Assembly (NCBI RefSeq): GCF_006345805.1
Contig: NC_043003.1
Coordinates: 98,766,001-98,830,000, forward strand
Length of the DNA stretch: 64,000 nt
Source of the DNA: Octopus sinensis
Taxonomy: Eukaryota
Direction of reading: 5' to 3'
The position numbers were made by a program, and so were the translations under genes. Below, piece after piece: positions 54,114 to 64,000 of the stretch. The notes under the pieces were generated by a model. It was not told the origin of the DNA. It searched no databases and was given only the letters and a program-made list of their open reading frames with translations. Each line of letters starts with the position of its first letter. Within the stretch, counting starts at the first letter, position 1.

Positions 54114-55049
54114 TGTATGTGAAAGTATATGTATGCTATGTGGAAGTATATGCGTATTGTGTATGGAAATTTAGTGAAAAGCAAAGGGAGCTATCATGGG
54201 AGGTGTGGGTGTTGTTGCAGTTAATGGTAATTAAGTCTTTCATATTCTATTCGTAAATGAAGTAAAATGCCGAAGGACAAAACATAACACACGACTCTAG
54301 TTCACACGGAGTTTTATTAGAATACACAGCTAATGTTCGAAATCTTCGCTCCAGAGAGATATTTGCATTTTAAAACCAGTTGAATGCTTTATTCAAATTC
54401 GTTGAGGGCGACAGCTGAACGATAATTGACACAAGAAAGCAGACGGGGGAGGGATCTAGGGTGCTGAGAAACGTGTGTGTTAATCAATGTTTTATCATTT
54501 GTTAAATGCCGAAAGCGTAAGAAATATGTTGATAGTTGGCATGGTTCAGTTGTCATCTCTTTTTGGGATATGAGACACAGAGGAACGTGTTTTGAGACAT
54601 ATTACGTGAGTGTAATGGAAGGGACCCTGTCAACATTGGTTGTCATGCTGGTTTGGAATGTATGTGTATCTTAGCGTGTATGTGCATCTGGCTGTGATCC
54701 AGGTTAAATGATGTGGAGACGTCTTGGAAGGTTTTAACTTATTGTGCGCCGTGTGCGATTAGCTACAAAGCGTGTAGTAAATATAGTGGGGATTTTTTTT
54801 CTGGCAGTACTACTCAGGAAAGAGTCATATTGATTGAGAGATGCAGAGAAGGTGAGTTTCGAAAATTTGGTAGAGGTCCTTTCAGGAAGAAACCAATAAA
54901 TTCGGCTTCAGTTTCTGTTGCATTGGTTGATAAAAACCGTTCGATTCTTGTGGCGGGGCCGGTCACATTTTCCAAGCGTTTTAAATAGCATTCTGTTCTT
55001 TGATATCCATACTACTCCTTATATTCTCCTCATCACTAATCTCTCTTAT

Positions 55050-55418
55050 GGAAGCACTCCGTCGGTTACGACGACGAGGGTTCCAGTTGATCCGATCAAC
55101 GGAAGGGCCTGCTCGTGAAATTAACGTGTAAGTGGCTGAGCACTCCACAGACACGTAGTTCTTGGGGATATTCAGCGTGACACAGAGAGTGACAAAGCCG
55201 GCCCTTTGAAATACAGGTACGACAGAAACAGGAAGTAAGAGTGAGAGAAAGTTGTGGTGAAAGAGTACAGCAGGGATCACCACCATCCCTGCCGGAGCCT
55301 CGTGGAGCTTTAGGTGTTTTCACTCAATAAACACTCACAACGCCCGGTCTGGGAATCGAAACCGCGATCCTACGACCGCGAGTCCGCTGCTCTAACCACT
55401 GGGCCATTGCGCCTCCAC
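55050..55418 (-). mobile_element. Full-length tRNA-derived SINE (head type A, tail type X) with 12-bp target-site duplication AATCTCTCTTAT
   Basis: Head GTGGAGGCGCAATGGCCCAGTGGTTAGAGC..GGTTTCGATTCCC; duplication at 55038-55049 and 55419-55430. Confidence 0.93.
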
Positions 55419-56601
55419 AATCTCTCTTATAGATTAGTGGCGAAGAGAATATAATCTAATTATGAAGAGGCATCACTTTTTGGATAAAAGTTGAATAAAT
55501 AATGTAGCATGGATAGCATAGAAGAGCTCTGGATAAAGAGTTAGACATATGTGTTTCAGAAAGGAGGAAGGTTATGGATGGATTTCGATGGTCCTGGTAT
55601 TTTTCGTTTGAGGTATTTAGAAGAGCACAGTGCGTTCTGTCACTGTTCGTTTCTTTCAAACACTGTGAAATTCACTAAAAGAAGCATGAGCCAACTAGTA
55701 ATATTGAATGGGGTGATGCAATGAGATTATATCACTCCATTTGCACACAAAAGAATAGGAAATATGTGATCGGTCGACTGCATTTCAGGGGACATAAATG
55801 CATTCATAAAATAAGATATTACAAACTTAATTAACTGGCAATCCATCGCTCTTCATACCTAATCGCGCCCACGCAGGAATATATATATATATATATATAG
55901 GAGATAAATAAAAAATATATGCATACATACAAACATATATGTACGTACCTACATCTACATGTATATATATATGCATATAAATAATTATACGGGAGTACAG
56001 GACATCACAATAAGACGTAGAAACGGAAAAAGCCAAAAAACAAAAACAAGAAAACGGAAAACGAAAAACAAAACAGGACGAGCTACACAAGGACAAAACC
56101 CCCGTCATCAGCTGTCGCTAGAGGAGTCAGGCATGTTCGAAGGCATAACAGAACACTAATCCAATAGGCTTCCTGCGAGAGAATTAAAATAAAATTTCAA
56201 GCAGCGGGGCACAATGAGTACGAACACAAACAAGACGTAACAATAAGACTGCAAAATTAAAATACATGTACAAAAACAAACACAAGGACGAACGAAAAAG
56301 CCTTTTTTCTGGCATAGACAAACAATAAAACTGCAAAAATAAAAATACATGTACAAAAAGTACAATTAGTTACAAAACGGGAAAATAACAAGAATACTAT
56401 ACAGGAAATCAACCACACAAGGGGACGAACGAAGAAGCCTTTTGCTGGCAAGGACGAAAGTGTAGTAGCAGCGCGTGGATATATATATTTCTTTACTACC
56501 CACAAGGGGCTAAACACAGAGGGGACAGACAAGGATAGAAATATATATATAACTGTGTGTGTACATTTGCTTATGTGTGTGTATGTGCGTGCGTGTATGC
56601 T

Positions 56602-56651
<50 letters not shown>

Positions 56652-58268
56652 GGAGAGAGAGATAGAGAGAGAGAAAGAGAGAGAATTTCGGTAAACAAAT
56701 CTTGCTGGAGTCGGTAGTGCAACATCGTGAAATACGGTGTAGTTTGGTTTTCTTTTAGACTTGGGCAAGTTAGACTACACTCTATTCCTTCTTCGTAAGA
56801 CAAAAGTAGCAAACAGTAAAAAGTTGCATAAATGAGATACCAGAAAATGCCTGCTATTTTATTTATAAGCTACCAGTTGATAAAATGTAGATCTGATCCC
56901 TACGGAATTTGAATTCTAAGCCCAGAGAACAGGAAAAGTTACCGCAAAGCAGTCTCACGTACGATCTAACAATTATCACAATTAACAGCATTATGTAACG
57001 GTATTAGTTTCGGCATAAATAGGGCTTATATTTTACCAAAAGGGGGTACACTGCACCCCTCACTACCTACGACAATTAAGCAAATCTTGATAAGGGTTAA
57101 AGAAAGCCGAAACTAGTCGATTCGATCTTACAGTCTGTTGTAGCTATTTAGGATACATTTACATTGCGTTGTGGCCATATGTTTTTTAAACATATGGTTC
57201 AGAAACTCGTAATAATATACATTTACATCTGCATTAATACAGACGACTAAGTTAACTTTAATGACTATATCTCAGCAATAATATATACATGTATATATAC
57301 ATAAATGTGACTGTAGGTGCATAAGCCTGTGTCAATGTATGCGTGTTTATACATACATACGTATGTACGTAGATACATGCATACATACATAAATACATAC
57401 ATATATACACACGTATACACACACACAAATATAGAAATATATATGCATGCAAGGATATATACGTGTATATATGTACAAGTATATAATCCACGCACACACT
57501 CACACGTGCGTTGGGTATTACCCCTCCCCCAGATATCTTATTTCTATGTAACTGAACTTTTTCTTTGAGTATCTCTCCATTTTATCTAATTACTCTTTCT
57601 AAGCTCAATATTTTGCCATTTTATTCAGCTTTTTCACAATCTAGTTTTACACGTTGGTACATATTCTCTTCCACTGCGAAATATTTTTTCACTTATACGC
57701 CATAGTCACTGACTTAGAGCATTTCATTAATAAATAGTAACTTTCACTTTCGAGTAACCATCCAATCAATTTTGCTGTAAACCGTTCGCATATGATTTCA
57801 GCATATTTCCAGTTGATAACACATAATATCAGATGTTCATGGTGTATATAAACAATCTCACACGTCAAAATTTTGGTTATAAAGCCTTCATTTCAGAAAT
57901 AACACGTTGCCCAGAGCTTGCGTATTGATGGCAAGTATTTAGATATTGACTGCCGCTCCGATTTAATTAATTATCCTAAATATAATATGTTAATAATATT
58001 AAGCACTCCCCGCGTTCGGCTTAATCATTTTGTGTAATAGAATAATTTATATAACCACTGCCACGTATATATTTACTGACATAGTATATGTTCTATCAAT
58101 GTGTATGCGTTTCATGCGAGCACGATATATATATATATATAATACATATAAATATATATATACACACATATATATATATAATATATATATATATAATATA
58201 TATATATATATCTATATATATATATATAATATATATATATATATATTATATATATATATATATATATA

Positions 58269-58299
<31 letters not shown>

Positions 58300-58301
58300 A
58301 T

Positions 58302-58796
58302 AATAGTTAAAAGATCCATCTATTAAAAATGTTCTACGCAGTGAATGTCTAGACATTTGTGTAAATGCAAAACGAAAAATATTCTCCTTTTTTCAAAATT
58401 AAGAAATGAGAATGCATGATTATAAAATGTAAATAAGCAAAAAAAAATACTTCACAGGTATCTTAAATCCGAGACTAATCCCGAAATATTGGGAAATGCC
58501 ACGAAAACAAGTAATTCTATATAGATTACCTTACAACACGTGTGTTTGAATAGTTGAAAGCAATGAAAAACGCTTACACAGACCTTTCCTTTCAAAAAGA
58601 CCTGTTTATCCATTTTATATTAAGATATTTTAATATAATTAACTTAATTTCAAATAATTTCAAGAAAGAAAATATTTCTTGAAATATTACACTATTATTG
58701 TCCAAAAGAGGGGGAGAAGTGTCAAACCTAAATTTTTATGTGTATATATTTCTCTGTGTGTGTATATATATATCATATATATATATATAATATATA

Positions 58797-58831
<35 letters not shown>

Positions 58832-59302
58832 ATATATATATACACACACAGAGAAATATATACACATAAAAATTTAGGTTTGACACTTCTCCCCCTCTTT
58901 TGGACAATAATAGTGTAATATTTCAAGAAATATTTTCTTTCTTGAAATTATTTGAAATTAAGTAATTATATTAAAATATCTTAATATAAAATGGATAAAC
59001 AGGTCTTTTTGAAAGGAAAGGTCTGTGTAAGCGTTTTTCATTGCTTTCAACTATTCAAACACACGTGTTGTAAGGTAATCTATATAGAATTACTTGTTTT
59101 CGTGGCATTTCCCAATATTTCGGGATTAGTCTCGGATTTAAGATACCTGTGAAGTATTTTTTTTTGCTTATTTACATTTTATAATCATGCATTCTCATTT
59201 CTTAAGTTTGAAAAAAGGAGAATATTTTTCGTTTTGCATTTACACAAATGTCTAGACATTCACTGCGTAGAACATTTTTAATAGATGGATCTTTTAACTA
59301 TT
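58302..59302. repeat. ~1-kb near-perfect palindrome (arms about 500 bp) centred on (TA)n
   Basis: AATAGTTAAAAGATCCATC... mirrors ...GATGGATCTTTTAACTATT; mirrored ORFs 58679-58918(+) and 58687-58926(-). Confidence 0.97.
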
Positions 59303-59562
59303 GTTTTGCCTCCTAACATATTCAATTGATTTTGAGGTTGCTTACCCGACATATATCCCCTTGCAGTAAAAGAGATATTTTGTACAACTCTTACTGGTAT
59401 TAGCCTTCAAGTTGCAGAAATATCTATGTATTCTTTGTACCAATTGCTGTTTTAATTCTAATATATATGACCATGTATTGTATATGCAAATTTTACAAAA
59501 TTTCCCATATATGCTCTATCATTCACGTAAAACCGTTAATATACGAGCACTTTCGTATTAGT

Positions 59563-59631
<69 letters not shown>

Positions 59632-59900
59632 ATATATATGGAAAAAGGTCAAGGTAGAAAATGCTAAATTAATTTTATAAAAAAAACGTTTAAGGATAGG
59701 TTTCGGTCATTGAGACTTTTTCAACTCTAAATATGGAAAACAATTAGATTTGGGAAAAATTAAATGAAAAGTTTTGAAAGAATATTTGCATAGTATTCAA
59801 ATACAAGAAGCATCTTCCTTGTTTCTGCCTGTCTCTGTCTCTCTTGTGGGTTCGTGGACGTTGTGAAGAGAAGACGAAGCAGAAGCAGAAGAAGAAGAAG

Positions 59901-59931
<31 letters not shown>

Positions 59932-60180
59932 CTCATTTCTAGTGTAAGCACAATACCTGAAATTTGAGGGAAGGGATTAAGTCGATTACATCGACCCCAC
60001 CTGCTTTTCCAGATGAGCCATCATTCCAATAACAATCATTTACATAGTAATTTCCCTTTGTTTAACGGTCATTTTCATAGTATTTTTGTTTGTCTTAATA
60101 ACTGACGAGATGCCGGAGCAGATTTCCGCCCCGACATCAGAAACTCGGTGTTTGATTGTGGCAATCGAATAACTGTCACA

Positions 60181-60242
<62 letters not shown>

Positions 60243-60586
60243 CGCTTGTGTGTGTGTTACAGATATAAATTAAATATACTCATCAATAAAATATAAAAAG
60301 TAGATGAAAAAGTTACTGAAGTCAAGGTAACTTCGTCGAATTTCACTAACACATCGTATTTCAGGAAAATGTGGATATTCTGAATAATATACGTCATCCA
60401 CCTGGATAAACACTACATCGTAATATAAGTATATTTTGTTAATTCTATGGCTATATATATATATATATATATATGTTGAATTTCTGCTGCTTTTAAATAA
60501 AGCATATTACTCTACCCCTGGTATTTGAGTACTCTTTTTTCCACCTTGTTTCACATTTATGTGTTTACTCCTGTATATATACATAC

Positions 60587-60617
<31 letters not shown>

Positions 60618-60627
60618 ATACATTTTA

Positions 60628-60672
<45 letters not shown>

Positions 60673-60674
<2 letters not shown>

Positions 60675-61571
60675 CGAGGGGGTACCCAAAACAAACTGGA
60701 ATTTTGCAATATTATTTTGTTCACTTAGCTTTAGATGTTTACACTTTTATTGTCTTCAAAGTATTCTGTATTTGAAGCAATACATCGGTCCATTCGCGTT
60801 TTCCACTATTTGAAGCAGTGCTGGAACTCTTGCGAAGTGATGTCTTTTAATACCTCCGTCGTTCTTTTCTTCACCGCTTCCACATCTGCAAATTCTATAG
60901 TACCAGCTTCCGTCATCAGTGATGACCTTCGAAAAAAGATCCGGATCAATTTCCAGCTGTTTTTATTTCAGTTCACGACACGCACTCAGTCGTCATTGCT
61001 TTTGATAATCTGCGAGCAAGCTAAGCATAAATTTTCCTGCAACTCTTTTATTCGCAATTCCTCGCTCAAAATTCGTTGGCAGGAGCTCCAGGATACAATG
61101 AGTTCATCCATTTTTCGTTGACGGTCCTCCATGATCAGTTCATGAATTTTTATGTAGTTTCATTTGTTTGGGAGGTCGACGGCTGCCCTGAACGAAGTTT
61201 GTCTTCAAACGAAAAGTGACCATTCCTAAAACGTGAAAACCACTCGTAAACTTGTGTTTTGCTCATGGCAGAATCCTTGTAAGCTGTTTGAAACGTGACA
61301 ACTGTTTCGCCCGCCTTTTTCCCCAGTAGAAAACAACTTCACAGAGGCAAGTTGTTCCTTCGTTCCAGCCATCGCAAAAATCGACGGAGACGGGAGAAGC
61401 ACTGCAAAACAAAGACACTCCGCGTGACAGTCGAACCACAGTAAACGACGCTGGTCAGAAGATTGGGGCCTGAGGATCGCATGAAGTGGAATTCTAGCGA
61501 CAGAAGTCTGAACTAGAACGAGCTTGTCCCACAGGGGACGTTTCCGGATACTTTTGGGTACCTCCTCGTAT
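60673..61571 (-). mobile_element. Internally deleted mariner transposon with both terminal inverted repeats and TA flanks
   Basis: TIRs TACGAGGGGGTACCCAAAA and (rc) TACGAGGAGGTACCCAAAA. N-terminal MSKTQVYEWFSRF..EDKLRSGQPSTS and C-terminal FADVEAVK..EFQHCF..RMDRCIASNTEYFE are present; the catalytic DDD region is missing. Confidence 0.9.
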
Positions 61572-61672
61572 GTGTGCGTGTGTGTGCGTTTGTGCATATG
61601 TGTGTGCATACATGTGTGTGTGCAAATATGTTTCTAGAAATATTTATACGTATATGTGCGCATATGTATTTG

Positions 61673-61724
<52 letters not shown>

Positions 61725-61762
61725 ATATATATATACGTAATTAAGTATGTTTACATATGTAC

Positions 61763-61813
<51 letters not shown>

Positions 61814-62099
61814 TATATATATATATATATATACATATACAAACATACATGTATGTATATTATGTATACTATGTGCGTATGCATCTGCGTGCGCCAATAC
61901 GTGAACATATGTATTCACATATGATAATTCATCATTTCACCACTGCTGTGATTCTAATATGTGCATGTTTAGCTTTCTAGAATTGTACCGAAATTTTTGT
62001 ACCTAATATATACTGTAATGTGTGTATATGTGAGTGTATGTATATAAAATAAATGTGTGTGAGTGTGTGTGTGTGTACATATAAATAGATATACGTCAT

Positions 62100-62404
62100 T
62101 GTTGTTTGTTCCTTCTCGAGCCAAGCCTGGCCCATAAGGGCCGGTTTCCCGGTTTCTTGGCGTATAGGTTCCCCACCTGGACGGGACGCCGGTCCGTCGC
62201 AGGTGAGCTGCAAGATGCAGGAGGAAAGAGTGAGAGAAAGTTGTGGCGAAAGAGTCAACAGAAGTTCGCCATTACCTTCTGCTGGAACCGCGTGGAGCTT
62301 AGGTGTTTCGCTCATAAACACACACATCTCCCGGTCTGAGAGTCGAACCCGCGATCCCTTGACCGCGAGTCCGCTGCTCTAACCACTAGGCCATGTGCCT
62401 CCAC
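62100..62404 (-). mobile_element. Full-length tRNA-derived SINE (head type A, tail type Y)
   Basis: The head matches 55050-55418 but the 3' part differs, ending in AAC-type repeats. Confidence 0.9.
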
Positions 62405-62419
62405 TCGATATACATCATA

Positions 62420-62620
62420 AAGACTTCAAATTTTGGGACAATGCCAGCACTTTCAGGTAGGGAGCTAAGTCGATTACATCGAACTCAGTGTTCAACTGGT
62501 AGTTATTTCATCGACTCCGAATGGATGAAAGGCACAGTCGACCTCCGCTGACTTTGAATTCAGAACGTAAAGATGGACGAAATGCCGCTAAGCATTTACC
62601 GATTCCCCAGCTCACCGCCA
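62420..62620 (-). mobile_element. Nin-like SINE
   Basis: GTCGATTACATCG..GGATGAAAGGCACAGTCGACCTC..GACGAAATGCCGCTAAGCATTT..CAGCTCACCGCC. Confidence 0.87.
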
Positions 62621-63325
62621 TATTGATATACATCACATTAACACACATACGTACAACGAAGCAAAACCAATAATAGATGTGTTTGCGTGTTTATTTATAT
62701 ATATTTCTGTGCGTGCCTGTGCAAGAATCTCTATGTATGTGTGCGCCATAAGAGACAGATAGGTGTTTACATAGTCGTCTATATCCCTTGTTGCATACGC
62801 CCATGTGTACCAAACACTATATCATGTGAAACCGCATCAGATATACACATGTACATGAGAGGGCGTAACTACTGATCACATCTGCAAAAAAAAAAAGAGA
62901 ACATATTTCAGTTGGAAAAAAAAAAGTTTTCTTATACTTTAAATATCATCCTAAACACCAGTTTCTGTACGAAGTATATAAGGTGACATAAAATATAATA
63001 TAAGAAAATCAGAAAGAAAATGTCCAGAGGGTACGCTGGGTGTGGAATCAATCTGAGTAGACACAAAATCACTATTCGTCCGGTACCTGATTGTATAGCA
63101 TCATGAATTGAGTTTCACATGAATCAGTATTCATTGCACGCACGCAAGCACGCTCGCGAACACAGCCACACACACACACACGCGCGCACGCACATACACA
63201 TGTTGCCGTTCCTATTAGTCCGATTGCATTACACTGATGTATGTAACACGGTCTTTAAAATATCATATACTTTAGGGTGGTAAGAATGGTTTTATTGACA
63301 CATTGGAAATCATATAAAATAATTT

Positions 63326-63365
<40 letters not shown>

Positions 63366-63367
63366 GT

Positions 63368-63497
63368 ATACCGGAGTAAGCACATAAATGTGAAACAAGG
63401 TGGAAAAAAGAGTAATATGGTTTATTTAAAACTGTCCGACGAATGGGAACTTGAAACTCTGAGTAACAGCTTTTGTTATATTTCTGCTGCTTTAACA
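63368..63497. mobile_element. Short (TA)n-associated element with an internal inversion; relatives at 17372-17450 and 60475-60575
   Basis: The left half is the rc of 60535-60572. The right half is the rc of 17380-17445. Confidence 0.75.
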
Positions 63498-63510
63498 TAA
63501 AGTATATATG

Positions 63511-63596
<86 letters not shown>

Positions 63597-64000
63597 CACA
63601 CACAGATATATATATATGTGTGTGTATGTATATATGTTTGTATATATATATGTATATATATGCACACGCACATATATATACATACACACACGCACACATT
63701 CACACACACACATATGTATATATAATGAGGTAGAGAGATATGCCGTGGCTATATAACGACATATACAGACTCATACGGGCGCTCACACACATATCCATGC
63801 ATGCATACCTACAGTCTTAAACACTTACACGCCTATATCTTTTGTCATTAATCCTCAACTAGTTCTTTTCGTTAGACTGTAGCTATGATGAGAAAGTACC
63901 TTTAAGGATTGTTCGTTGCTGCAGAAATGATTTTCTCAATCATTATTCTCTCATTTACAATCCAGTAGTCCTGCCCCATGATAAAAACTGGTGGGAACAC

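Noticed and set aside
54300-55010. Possible Penelope N-terminal relic on the minus strand
   Set aside because: The similarity rests on one loose motif (VNYRSAVALNEFE), which is insufficient.

Overview
This is an AT-rich, repeat-saturated eukaryotic window. Its SINE and microsatellite make-up suggests an octopus or other coleoid cephalopod; that is inference from memory, not a database result. I found no host protein-coding exon, rRNA, true tRNA or CRISPR array that I can support, and most ORFs in the track are microsatellite noise. Contents: (1) a 27-bp satellite with a 6-unit higher-order repeat that reverses direction at ~1692; (2) fragments of R4/Dong-type (restriction-like endonuclease) LINEs, plus a ~555-bp non-autonomous element confined to (TAA)n; (3) CR1/L2-like, RTE-like and Penelope (GIY-YIG) remnants; (4) mariner relics and non-autonomous Helitron-like elements; (5) several modular tRNA-derived SINE families. 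The most striking signal is a set of short non-coding elements, mostly lodged in (TA)n tracts, that carry minimal type I hammerhead ribozyme folds. These are near-canonical at 4.1-4.5, 16.4 and 40.8 kb, and several other families carry variant cores. Also notable are repeated fold-back inversions ending at (TA)n and a Dong-type LINE with twin-priming geometry. Coordinates were read by eye; edges of degenerate elements are approximate.
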